64,000 bases of DNA from an uncultured delta proteobacterium (GTDB lineage Bacteria; Desulfobacterota; Binatia; UBA9968), in NCBI GenBank assembly GCA_963816145.1, contig CAWFJP010000030.1, positions 320,001 through 384,000 on the forward strand, written 5' to 3'. Within the stretch, counting starts at the first letter, position 1. Every line of letters begins with the position of its first letter. Positions 18,623 through 27,845 of this stretch are shown here, in pieces. The position numbers and the translations under genes are program-made. A model generated the notes under the pieces. It had not been told where the DNA came from. It worked only from the letters and a program-made list of their open reading frames with translations, and made no database searches.

Positions 18623-20266
18623 ATGAAAGTCGTCGACGTTATCGCCGAGATTTTGAAGCGCGAAGGCGTAGAGTTCCTCTCCTGCTACCCGACCAATACC
18701 ATGATCGAAGCTGCTGCGTCGGCGGGCATCCGGCCAATCGTCTGCCGCCAAGAGCGCGTCGGCGTCGGCATCGCCGACGGCTTTTCCCGCGTCACCAACG
18801 GCAAACGCATCGGCGTTTTCAGCATGCAAGCCGGACCAGGCGCGGAAAACGCCTACTCCGGCATCACGACTGCCTACTCGGACTCCACGCCGATCCTACT
18901 CTTGCCTGTCGGCCACGCGCGCAACACGTCGCAAGTGCATCGATTCTTTCGTTCGGTGGAAGCCTACGCTTCGGTCACTAAATGGACCGAAGAGATCACG
19001 CTGGCGAATCAAGTGCCGGAGATCATGCGGCGCGCCTTCAGTTATATGAAAATGGGCCGCCCTGGTCCGGTGCTGGTGGAGATCCCCAATGACGCCGCCA
19101 TCGAAGAATTCCCCGCGGCGGCGATCGACTACACGGCAGTCAAGCGCACCGTCGCCGGCGCCAATGTACAAGATGTCGAAGCCGCTGCCAGAGTTTTAGT
19201 CCAAGCCAAACGTCCAGTGATCGTCGCCGGCCAGGGCGTGCTTTGGGCCGAAGCGACGGCCGAGTTGGTCGAGCTTGCGGAACTCTTGCAAGCGCCGGTA
19301 ACCACACCGCTCGAGGGCAAGAGCGCTTTTCCCGAGCATCATCCCTTGTCCCTCGGCACCGGCGCCGGTGTCATGCCCCGGCCAGTGCACAGCTTCTTGC
19401 AGAAAGCCGATGTCGTCTTCGCTATCGGCGCGAGCTTGACTAAACACAACATCGTCGCCGCGCCGATCCCGGCGGGTAAGACGATCATTCACGCCACCAA
19501 CGACGAACGCGACTTGAACAAACACTACGCCACTGATTATCCGCTGTTGGGCGACGCCAAGCCGGTATTGCAGCAATTCATCGCAGCGGTAAAAGATCAG
19601 CTCGGCAACAAAAAGCGCGAAGCCAACGGCGTCGCCGCAGAGATCAAAAAGGGCAAAGAAGAGTGGATGGCGGAGTGGCTGCCAAAGCTCACGTCGAGCG
19701 AAAAACCGATGACACCCTACCGCGTCATGTGGGAGTTCATGAATCTGTTCGACCGCAAAGATGTCATCGTCACCCACGACGCCGGCAGCCCGCGCAACCA
19801 ACTCGTGCCGTTTTACCAAGCGCCAGTGCCGCGCAGTTACCTGGGCTGGGGCAAGTCCCACGCTCTGGGAACCGGTTTGGGTTTAATTATGGGCGCCAAG
19901 CTCGCCGCCCCGGAAAGGTTCTGTGTCAACTTTATGGGCGACGCGGCCTTCGGCATGACCGGTTTGGATTTCGAAACCGCCGTGCGCAATAACATCCCGA
20001 CTTTGACAATCGTGTTGAATAACAACTTCATGGCCGCCGAAACCCACAGCATGCAAGCCTCCCACGAACGCTACGGCACCATGAATATTCTCGGCAACTA
20101 CGCCGACCTGGCAAAATCCCTCGGCGGCTGGTCGGAGCGCGTCGAAGATCCCGGACAAATCGTCCCGGCGCTCCAGCGCGCCTACAAAACAACTCAAGAC
20201 GGCAAGGCGGCGTTGCTGGAGTTTGTCACTAGCCGGGAGATCGCTTATTCAAGAATGAGAGATTGA
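18623..20266 (+). CDS. Thiamine pyrophosphate-dependent enzyme (acetolactate synthase large subunit-like, probably catabolic)
   Basis: RQERVGVGIADG, GPGAEN, GRPGPVLVEIP, GDAAFGM...NN TPP motif. Confidence 0.9.
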   Translation: MKVVDVIAEILKREGVEFLSCYPTNTMIEAAASAGIRPIVCRQERVGVGIADGFSRVTNGKRIGVFSMQAGPGAENAYSGITTAYSDSTPILLLPVGHARNTSQVHRFFRSVEAYASVTKWTEEITLANQVPEIMRRAFSYMKMGRPGPVLVEIPNDAAIEEFPAAAIDYTAVKRTVAGANVQDVEAAARVLVQAKRPVIVAGQGVLWAEATAELVELAELLQAPVTTPLEGKSAFPEHHPLSLGTGAGVMPRPVHSFLQKADVVFAIGASLTKHNIVAAPIPAGKTIIHATNDERDLNKHYATDYPLLGDAKPVLQQFIAAVKDQLGNKKREANGVAAEIKKGKEEWMAEWLPKLTSSEKPMTPYRVMWEFMNLFDRKDVIVTHDAGSPRNQLVPFYQAPVPRSYLGWGKSHALGTGLGLIMGAKLAAPERFCVNFMGDAAFGMTGLDFETAVRNNIPTLTIVLNNNFMAAETHSMQASHERYGTMNILGNYADLAKSLGGWSERVEDPGQIVPALQRAYKTTQDGKAALLEFVTSREIAYSRMRD

Positions 20267-20293
20267 CGACAGATTTTGCTGGTGTGTGAAATG

Positions 20294-20590
20294 GGGGAGA
20301 ATTAGCTCCTGAGTAGCTAATACTGATCCGCCGTGCACTTTGCATAGTAAACCTTCAGCTCAAGCCAGCAACAAAACTGAATGACACTTGGCTTCAAGCG
20401 ACGGGGTTCTGAATTCATCGAATGAAAGTCGGCTCTCCCTTCGTCAATCCGGCGCAGAGCCTGCCCCGAACTCGATCTGGGGCCGGAATCCAGACTTTTG
20501 AACTCGAACCGGACTCGAATCGGGATGCCGGCTTGCGCCGGCATGACAAATCTTCCCTTGGCATGAAGGCGAGGGATTCTAATTCTCCCC
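20294..20590. mobile_element. MITE-like element, copy 2
   Basis: Perfect 12-bp terminal inverted repeats GGGGAGAATTAG (20294-20305) / CTAATTCTCCCC (20579-20590); non-coding palindromic core. Confidence 0.75.
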
Positions 20591-20660
20591 GAGAGACACC
20601 AACTCATACCCCCCCCGGACATATTGACTTGCTCCATCGAAATGTTTACCCGTATTTGCC

Positions 20661-20984
20661 GTGGGCCGTACTCTTATCAACTGCCTTCTCGTGCTGAGCC
20701 TCGTTCTCGGCGTCGCGCCGGCGGGTGCGGTCTTCCCGCACGAGCTAAGCGAGCGATCGACTGAGCCTGGAACTCCCCTTGAACGGGAGGAAGCGGTCGC
20801 ACGCTCCGCCGTCTCGCGGGCAGCGTCAAATCGGAGCGGCAAATATAGCCCAGCCGATCTCCCCGGACGATTGATAATCATTACGGCCGCGCCGCAATCG
20901 ATTTCTGCGCAACCACTACCGCTCGCCCCTTCTGTCAGCTCTCCGCCTCATCTGCATCAGCTTTACGGCGTGCTGCGTATCTAA
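20661..20984 (+). CDS. Small signal-peptide-bearing leader ORF upstream of terC (candidate regulatory nascent peptide)
   Basis: GTG start, hydrophobic LLVLSLVLGVAPAGA signal, low-complexity S/A/P linker, C-terminus LHQLYGVLRI. Confidence 0.55.
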   Translation: MGRTLINCLLVLSLVLGVAPAGAVFPHELSERSTEPGTPLEREEAVARSAVSRAASNRSGKYSPADLPGRLIIITAAPQSISAQPLPLAPSVSSPPHLHQLYGVLRI

Positions 20985-20988
20985 ACTC

Positions 20989-21060
20989 GTCTCCGTTCAT
21001 TCTAGTTTTGTGACCTGGCCCATTCCTGTGCTTCTATAGCTCTTTTTTCGGAACGGAGAC
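20989..21060 (+). promoter_or_regulatory. SD-sequestering stem for terC
   Basis: gtctccgttc (20989-20998) is the exact reverse complement of gaacggagac (21051-21060), which contains the GGAG SD just before the ATG at 21064. Confidence 0.65.
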
Positions 21061-21063
21061 CCC

Positions 21064-22008
21064 ATGGATTCGGATCGCCTACTGCTGTGGATTGTTTTCA
21101 ATATTTTCGTATTTGGCATGCTCACCCTCGATCTGGGTGTGTTTCACCGTAAGGCTCATGCGGTGTCGCTCAAAGAGGCCGGCGTTTGGAGCTGTATTTG
21201 GGTGAGCTTAGCGCTGGTCTTTAACTTCGGGATTTACTACCTCTGGGGACAGGAGAAGGCACTGGAGTTCTTGACCGGTTACGTCATCGAAAAATCGCTC
21301 AGCGTCGACAACCTCTTTGTCTTCTTAATGATCTTCCAATATTTTAACACCCCGGCGGAGTACCAGCACCGGATTTTGTTCTGGGGCATTGTCGGCGCGT
21401 TGATTCTGCGCGCGATCTTCATCGCCACCGGTTCGGCTCTGTTGTCGAATTTCCATTGGATGATCTACGTCTTTGGCGGCTTTCTTGTCATCACCGGTAT
21501 CAAGATGTTCATGCAGGGCGACGAGAAGATCGAGCCGGAGAAAAACCCGGTGGTGCGGCTGTTTCAGCGCATGATGCCGGTGACCCACAATTATCACGGT
21601 CAGAATTTCTTCGTCTCGAAGGACGGGAAGAGACAGGCCACGCTGATGATGGTCGTGCTGATCGTGGTGGAAACCACCGACGTAATCTTCGCGGTCGACT
21701 CGATACCGGCGATCTTCGCCATCACCACCGACCCGTTCATCGTCTACACGTCCAACGTGTTTGCCATCCTCGGCCTGCGCGCCCTCTATTTCATGCTCGC
21801 GGGCGTTATGGAAATGTTTGTCTACCTGAAAGTAGGTCTTTCCTTTGTGCTGGTTTTCGTCGGCGTCAAGATGACCCTGGTCGACGTCTACAAGATCCCC
21901 ATCGGCGCATCGCTTGGCGTGATTGGCGGGATACTCTTGCTTTCGGTCCTGATGTCCCTGGCATCTCAGCGCCGCCCGGTTCCAAGCAGCAGTGACGAGC
22001 CCCTCTAG
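21064..22008 (+). CDS. terC: TerC/Alx family membrane protein (metal homeostasis)
   Basis: EKSLSVDNLFVF, ETTDVIFAVDSIPAIFAIT, SNVFAILGLRALYF. Confidence 0.95.
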   Translation: MDSDRLLLWIVFNIFVFGMLTLDLGVFHRKAHAVSLKEAGVWSCIWVSLALVFNFGIYYLWGQEKALEFLTGYVIEKSLSVDNLFVFLMIFQYFNTPAEYQHRILFWGIVGALILRAIFIATGSALLSNFHWMIYVFGGFLVITGIKMFMQGDEKIEPEKNPVVRLFQRMMPVTHNYHGQNFFVSKDGKRQATLMMVVLIVVETTDVIFAVDSIPAIFAITTDPFIVYTSNVFAILGLRALYFMLAGVMEMFVYLKVGLSFVLVFVGVKMTLVDVYKIPIGASLGVIGGILLLSVLMSLASQRRPVPSSSDEPL

Positions 22009-22100
22009 ACCGGCTGGGTTATGCGCCATGGCAGCAGCAGAGCGGACCAAGCTTGAGTTTTCCGAAGACACGAATTAGCTTAGCGCCGGAGGGATTTTCC

Positions 22101-23123
22101 ATGCTGCATACCCAAGTAACTCGCCGGATCGTGTCGCTATCGTTTCTCATAGGAGCACTGGTCATCGCGCAAGGCACGCTATTCGCTCAATCGCTCGACG
22201 TTGAAGCCGCCAAGAAGGAAGGCAAAGTCACTGTCTACGGCACGACGGTTACGAACGTCATGGTGCCGATCCATACGGCCTTCGAAAAGCGCTATGGCGT
22301 CAAGGTGGACTATTGGCGCGCTTCGGCGACGGCTGTCGCCGAACGGGCGATCGCCGAATGGCGCGCGGGCAAGCCGGGATTCGATGTCATCTTCGCGATC
22401 AACGGCACGGTCGCGCTCTTGAAAGGCGAAAACGCTCTGGCCAAGTTCACAGCGCCGGCCGCGGCCAAGTTTCCTGCGCAGTTCAAAGACAAGGACGGTA
22501 TCTTGACGGCGTTCCGCCATACGCCGATCAGCCTGCTCTACAATACGGAGTTAGTGAAGCCCGCCGACCTGCCCAAAGGATTCGACGACTTGCTCGATGC
22601 CAAATGGCAGGGCAAGATCTCGATCCCCGATCCGTCGCGCCACACCAGCACGGCGCAGTTTCTCTGGAACCTGCAGAAGATCAAAGGCGACAAATGGATG
22701 GACTACGTGCGCGCGCTGGCAAAGCAGAAGCCATTTTTGGTCGAGTCCTTCGCGCCGCTGCCGCAAGCACTAGTCAAAGGCGAAGCCCATATCGGCATCA
22801 CTTATGCTCAATACACCACACAAGTAAAAGGGCCGTTGAGCCACGTAGTCTTCGACAAAGTTTTTACGGATTCCACAGACCTGGCTTTGGGAGCCAAGGT
22901 GGCGAGCCCTAACGCCGGCAAATTATACATCGACTTCCTCTGCACTCCGGAAATCCAAAAGATCATCGCAGACGCCGGCGACTTCCCCCTTGCCCCGGGC
23001 GTCTATCCCAACGTCAAAGACGCCGAGAAGGTCGTCGCCAACGCGATCTTCATGGACAACCCGAGCGAGGAGGAGTTCAAGAAACTGCGAGCCGAGTTTC
23101 GCAAGATTTTCGTAGGGCAGTAA
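22101..23123 (+). CDS. Extracellular solute-binding protein (Fe3+/thiamine cluster), paralog of 11884-12873
   Basis: Signal peptide, AKKEGKVTVYG, VKVDYWRA, YNTELV..PKGFDDLL, PNAGKLYIDF. Confidence 0.9.
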   Translation: MLHTQVTRRIVSLSFLIGALVIAQGTLFAQSLDVEAAKKEGKVTVYGTTVTNVMVPIHTAFEKRYGVKVDYWRASATAVAERAIAEWRAGKPGFDVIFAINGTVALLKGENALAKFTAPAAAKFPAQFKDKDGILTAFRHTPISLLYNTELVKPADLPKGFDDLLDAKWQGKISIPDPSRHTSTAQFLWNLQKIKGDKWMDYVRALAKQKPFLVESFAPLPQALVKGEAHIGITYAQYTTQVKGPLSHVVFDKVFTDSTDLALGAKVASPNAGKLYIDFLCTPEIQKIIADAGDFPLAPGVYPNVKDAEKVVANAIFMDNPSEEEFKKLRAEFRKIFVGQ

Positions 23124-23288
23124 AGACCGCGTCGACACGAACTTTCACATTGCGTCTTCGCCGGCTTCATTTTTAACAATCCCTTCGCCTGAGGCTTTGT
23201 ACAGGAAAGGTTAATCAAGGACTGGGCTAACTTTCTTGTTCGATATCCTACGCATAAACTTTTGAACCTAGAACCTTTGAACGGAAAT

Positions 23289-24380
23289 TTAGGGCATAAC
23301 CCCATTCGCCCGCAGCGCTGACTGATAACGTTTCGGGATCTCCGGGTCTTCGTTTTCGTAGGTGATCATCCAACCGCCTTCATCGACACTGCGGAAGACA
23401 TCGTCATCAGTCTTCTGGTGCGACACTTTGAAACCCAGCGGATGGATGCGGCTGCCGTAACGCACGGCTAGATGACGCGCCGGTTCTTTGCCGGTGTTGA
23501 AATGCTGGTGAAACCAGTCACCCGGCGGGCAGTAGATGCTGCCCTCGCCCCATTTGATGTCGATGATCTTGTCTTCGTGGCCGTCCGTGTACGGGTGCAT
23601 GCCCCATTGTTTGTGCCACAGGAGCACGTTACCGACCGACTTCGTGCCGACGATGATCGCGCCCGGGCCATGATAGTGCGCTTTGTGGTATTTGCCCACC
23701 GGCCACTCGCCCAAATGACCGACCAGCGCGTTGCCGGCCATTTCAAATTGCGCCAGGCGCAGACCGGCGCCTTTCACTTCAAGGCTTTCCAGCATTGCGG
23801 CATTGATGTCGGGAATAAAATTGGTCTCCCAGATATTGATCAAGCCGCTTACGTAACGCTTTTTACCAACCTCGAAATAATCCTCCTCGCCGTAGTAACG
23901 GTCTTTGAAACTGTAGGGGCAATTGAAAACAAAATTCTCATCGCGGTAGATATCGAACGTTAAGGGTGCATTGGTCACGGCGAGAAAACGCACCGGCTCG
24001 CGGGAGCCATTGACCAGGCGATGGACCGTGTTCAGCGGCGGCGCGAACAGACTCCACTTGTTCCACTCGAACATTTTTTTGTTGCCATGGTCGTCCCACA
24101 ACTCGGTGGCACCCTGGCCGTTCAAGATACAAATGACTTCTTCATAGAGATGGCGCTCTGGTTTGAGCGTATCACCCGGCGGTATCTCGCCGATGTAGCC
24201 GCCGGTAATCCCCTGCATGCCATGCAGGTGAATGAATGCGGCGTTGCCGCCCATACGGGCATAGGGCGCGACTTCGAGGGCGCGCAGATCGGCCATGCCA
24301 TGGCCGTTGTGAATCGGCAGCCCCTGGCTCTTCATCCAGCGAACGTAACCGGTTTTTTCATTGAGTGGCGCAATGTCCAT
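23289..24380 (-). CDS. Bicupin protein (gentisate 1,2-dioxygenase-like fold)
   Basis: Two cupin motifs: ERHLYEE..ILNGQG...PPLNTVH and HKAHYH...PPGDWFHQHFN; GGAGG SD before MDIAPL. Confidence 0.75.
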   Translation of the reverse strand: MDIAPLNEKTGYVRWMKSQGLPIHNGHGMADLRALEVAPYARMGGNAAFIHLHGMQGITGGYIGEIPPGDTLKPERHLYEEVICILNGQGATELWDDHGNKKMFEWNKWSLFAPPLNTVHRLVNGSREPVRFLAVTNAPLTFDIYRDENFVFNCPYSFKDRYYGEEDYFEVGKKRYVSGLINIWETNFIPDINAAMLESLEVKGAGLRLAQFEMAGNALVGHLGEWPVGKYHKAHYHGPGAIIVGTKSVGNVLLWHKQWGMHPYTDGHEDKIIDIKWGEGSIYCPPGDWFHQHFNTGKEPARHLAVRYGSRIHPLGFKVSHQKTDDDVFRSVDEGGWMITYENEDPEIPKRYQSALRANGVMP

Positions 24381-24501
24381 CGGTTCCTCCGTCGGTGGGT
24401 TAATGCTATCTACCCGCGAATTTTGTGATCGTTCAAGGACCAGATCAAGACATAAAGCCGAATTCGGATTCGACCTTGAACTCTTGAACCTTGAACACCG
24501 G

Positions 24502-25536
24502 CTATGCCGGTTTGTGCCAGAACTCCGGATTATTTTTGAAAATGTTCTTGGGAATCTTGGCATAGACGAGATTGACGATATCGACGGCTTCGCCAATTCC
24601 CAAGTCCACGGCCAGGCTCGACAGCGCGTAGGCATCCGCCGCACTCAGCCCTTTTTCCTCCTGGAGATAGTCGACCGCTTCTTGCAGCGCGATGCGCGTG
24701 GCAATGTTAAGATCGACGTCGAGGCCGGTGGTCAGATAATCGATCGCGGTTTCGACCCGCGGCTGCCTGATCGTCTTGCCCTTGTGCACGATAAACTGCA
24801 GCGTCGGCTTGAGCGAGATTTCAATCGCGCCGCCGTCCACCTCGCCGTCACCCTGCACGGCATGACCGTCACCGGTAAAGAATTGCCCGCCTTTGTTGAA
24901 TACCGGCAGGAACAACGATGAACCGATGCCGGTGTATTTCAAATCGATATTGCCGCCCCAAGCGCCCGGCGGCGTCGATGAGACCATTCCCAAACTCGTC
25001 GGCGGCGACACCGCCATGATGCCCATGAACGGATTGAGCGGAATCTGAATGTCGTCGGAGAACAGCGCCACACGCCGTTCGAGATCGATGCGGATCAGTT
25101 TCGCGGTGGCGTCTTTGAGCAGCTTCGGTAGCACGCCTTTGCCGGGTCCGGTATTATTGACGCCATAGGGCACGCGAAACTTGATGTCGTGAACACGGAT
25201 CTCCAAGGTATCGCCGGGATCAGCTCCCTCGATATAGATCGGCCCGGTGAGAATATGCACGCTGGCGCCCTTGGGGCGTTTCACCTCGGCGTAAATACTC
25301 TTCGCATCGGCGAGCACTTCATTGCCCGGAATTCCGTAACCGGCGAAAAACTTCTCGGGATCTTTATTGGTGGTCAGCCCCTGGTGCGACAGCGCTTCGA
25401 TCTCGACGATCTGCCCCGATTTGATCGTCAACGCCGGCTGTAGATTCGCCGCGATATAACCCCAGAGGATCGTATCGGGCGTCGATTTCAACGTCGCGTC
25501 GGGCTGAACGGTAGGTTGGATCGCGGTTTCACTCAT
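24502..25536 (-). CDS. Acetamidase/formamidase family protein
   Basis: HILTGPIYIEGA.PGD, PFMGIMAV, GGNIDLK, GDGHAVQGDGEV. Confidence 0.92.
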   Translation of the reverse strand: MSETAIQPTVQPDATLKSTPDTILWGYIAANLQPALTIKSGQIVEIEALSHQGLTTNKDPEKFFAGYGIPGNEVLADAKSIYAEVKRPKGASVHILTGPIYIEGADPGDTLEIRVHDIKFRVPYGVNNTGPGKGVLPKLLKDATAKLIRIDLERRVALFSDDIQIPLNPFMGIMAVSPPTSLGMVSSTPPGAWGGNIDLKYTGIGSSLFLPVFNKGGQFFTGDGHAVQGDGEVDGGAIEISLKPTLQFIVHKGKTIRQPRVETAIDYLTTGLDVDLNIATRIALQEAVDYLQEEKGLSAADAYALSSLAVDLGIGEAVDIVNLVYAKIPKNIFKNNPEFWHKPA

Positions 25537-25596
25537 GGTTGCTCCGATTCCCGGCGAAGTTATCCGATCGACCGAAAGACTGTCAACGCGCGTCAA

Positions 25597-25624
25597 GCGG
25601 GCGGGTTTAAAACCCGCCCTCTAC
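25597..25624. repeat. GTAG-type REP-like palindrome
   Basis: gggcgggttt-aa-aacccgccc followed by tctac (GTAG on minus strand). Confidence 0.55.
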
Positions 25625-25746
25625 ATTCGGAATTCCTCTTGGAATTTTTTGCACCCTTTGCGTTCTTTCCGGTCATATTTCCGAGTACTGACCTTCCACT
25701 CTGCGACCTCGGTTACTCTGCGGTGAGTCTTGTCGAATCCCGGACC

Positions 25747-25785
25747 AAAAAAAGGCGGTGAAGTCGCAAAAACTCCCCCGCCTTT
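25747..25785 (-). terminator. Intrinsic terminator after SDR gene
   Basis: aaaggcgg...ccgccttt stem with a T run on the minus strand. Confidence 0.6.
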
Positions 25786-25803
25786 ACTTAAAATATTGAG
25801 AAT

Positions 25804-26550
25804 CTAATCGCGGATCGCCAACGCGCCGCCGTCGACCGGCAAATCGATCGCATAGATGAACTCCGACTCGTCGGAAACCATGAACACGACCGCTTTGGCA
25901 ATGTCCATCGGCACGCCGCGCCGACCGGCGAGATTTTTCACGAAACGATTTTCCGGCACGTCCTGTTGCCCGACCGGCGAGCCGATGCGGTTGGGAGAGA
26001 CGGAATTAACCCGGATGCCTTCCGGCGCCAGTTGCACGGCGATGGAGCGGGTCAGGTTCAACACGCCGGCTTTCGCAGTAGTGTAAGCGGTCGCTTCTTT
26101 GCGGCCCCAGTGGCCCGAAGTCGACGCGATGTTGACGATCCGGCCTTTGCGCTTTTGGTCGATCATGACCTTGGCCGCTGCGCGGGTGCAGTACCACACG
26201 CTGCGCATGCACACGTTCATCGTCCGGTCCCACTCTTCTTCGGAGATGTCGAAAATAGTTTTATGGTCGGTCCAGGCCGCGTTGTTGACCAAGATATCGA
26301 CACCGCCAAAAGCTTTCACCACCTTCTCCACCATGCTGTTGACGGAACTGGCGTTGGCGACATCACAGACGACCGAAATAGCTTTGCCAGGATTCTTGGC
26401 ATTGATTTCTCCGGCGACCTTGCTGCCCCGCCCCGGATCTAAATCAACAACCGCGACCTTGGCGCCTTCCTCGACGAATAGTTTGCAAACATCTTCGCCG
26501 ATATTGCGCCCCGCGCCGGTCACGATCGCCACTTGATCTTTAAGTCTCAT
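25804..26550 (-). CDS. Short-chain dehydrogenase/reductase (FabG-like)
   Basis: TGAGRNIG, NNA, S...YTTAK catalytic motif, VDGG. Confidence 0.93.
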   Translation of the reverse strand: MRLKDQVAIVTGAGRNIGEDVCKLFVEEGAKVAVVDLDPGRGSKVAGEINAKNPGKAISVVCDVANASSVNSMVEKVVKAFGGVDILVNNAAWTDHKTIFDISEEEWDRTMNVCMRSVWYCTRAAAKVMIDQKRKGRIVNIASTSGHWGRKEATAYTTAKAGVLNLTRSIAVQLAPEGIRVNSVSPNRIGSPVGQQDVPENRFVKNLAGRRGVPMDIAKAVVFMVSDESEFIYAIDLPVDGGALAIRD

Positions 26551-26740
26551 GAGTTCCTCCGATTTAATTTGTTCTCTGCTGCATATCAAAAGGGTTGTGA
26601 AAGTTCCAGTTCGGCGGCCTTAACCGGAGACTCGGCAAAGTCCCCATCGAGCAAGGATGCGCGAACAGAAGATCGCCATCTGCGATCTTCCCTCCTCGAT
26701 CCTGGATTTGTTCAATCTACGTGAATCTAACCGCGGCCGG

Positions 26741-27766
26741 TCAGAGGCTCACCTTCTCAACGTAAAGGTCCTTCAAGAACTTGCTGTTCTTGAGCTCGTC
26801 GAAAAAGCGCGGCTCAGTGATATCGGCGGGTTTGAGCTTGCCGGCGCGCTGGTCCGCCTGGGCGCTGACGTCGATGATCGCCTGAAGCGATTCATCGTTA
26901 AGCTCGGGCAGCGGCCGAAGTTGGGCGGAGTAAGCGTCGTACATGGTGTCGACCGAGATACCTTGAGTGCCGGGAAAGTATTTTTTCAAGATCGCCAAAC
27001 TTTCGCTCCGTTTCGAGATGAAATAATGGATCGCCGCCGCGTATCCTTTCATGAAACGGCGGATGACGTCTTCGTCCCGCTTGATAAACGAGCGCGTCGT
27101 CATCAACAGGTCAGTAAGCACGGGAACGCTTTTGATGTCGATAATCTTGATGCCGGCTTTCTTCGCTTCGGCGGCGATATCCTCCCGAAACGGCACTCCC
27201 TGCACCAGATTTTTTGACAGTGCTAACGCCCGTTGCGGCGCCAGGCCGGCAGCGACCATTTCAACATCCTTGGCCGGATCTAACCCGGCGCGCCGCAGCA
27301 TGACGCGGGCAATGAGATCCGAGCGCGCGCCGAGCGCGGAAACACCGACTTTTTGACCCTTTAAATCTTTGACCGCTTGGATGGATGAAGTGACACCCAT
27401 GCCGTACTGATCGAAGCTGACATGGGAGCCAATAACCGTGACATCACCGCCGCTCGCCACTGGCTGCACCACTGCAAGCGGATTGCCGAAACCGATCAAC
27501 AGGTCGACGCCAAGCAGCGATTGCACGCCGGCGCTCAGCGTGTCGCGGATCGGTAGCTCTTCGATGTCGAGGCCATGCTGTTTGAACAATCCCCCGTCGA
27601 CACCGATGTAAGCCACCGCTGTGCCGATTTCCCAACCGGCATAAGCCAAGCGCAGCTTCTTCGGACCATCAGCAGCCCGAGAAACGCCGGCGGCAAAAAC
27701 AACCAATCCAACTGCCAACCCCATCGAATAAATCCGAGGGAAGTTAAATCGACGAAAAATCATCAT
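26741..27766 (-). CDS. ABC substrate-binding protein, NMT1/TauA family
   Basis: Signal peptide, GLFKQHGLDIE, DLKGQKVGVS, AGLDPAKDV. Confidence 0.88.
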   Translation of the reverse strand: MMIFRRFNFPRIYSMGLAVGLVVFAAGVSRAADGPKKLRLAYAGWEIGTAVAYIGVDGGLFKQHGLDIEELPIRDTLSAGVQSLLGVDLLIGFGNPLAVVQPVASGGDVTVIGSHVSFDQYGMGVTSSIQAVKDLKGQKVGVSALGARSDLIARVMLRRAGLDPAKDVEMVAAGLAPQRALALSKNLVQGVPFREDIAAEAKKAGIKIIDIKSVPVLTDLLMTTRSFIKRDEDVIRRFMKGYAAAIHYFISKRSESLAILKKYFPGTQGISVDTMYDAYSAQLRPLPELNDESLQAIIDVSAQADQRAGKLKPADITEPRFFDELKNSKFLKDLYVEKVSL

Positions 27767-27845
27767 GCGGCATCATAGCCCACCAGAATCGGCGCGCCAA
27801 GAGGCCGGCGACTGTCATCTCGAGATAGCAGCAACCATTTGGACG

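Noticed and set aside
18159-20697. Similar short ORFs containing PAQSLPRTRSGAGIQ (18159-18347, 20422-20697)
   Set aside because: Translations of the repeated MITE core, not genes
20985-21063. Possible yybP-ykoY riboswitch before terC
   Set aside because: No recognisable four-way junction or conserved loop sequence by eye; only the simple 10-bp stem. An Rfam scan is needed to exclude it fully
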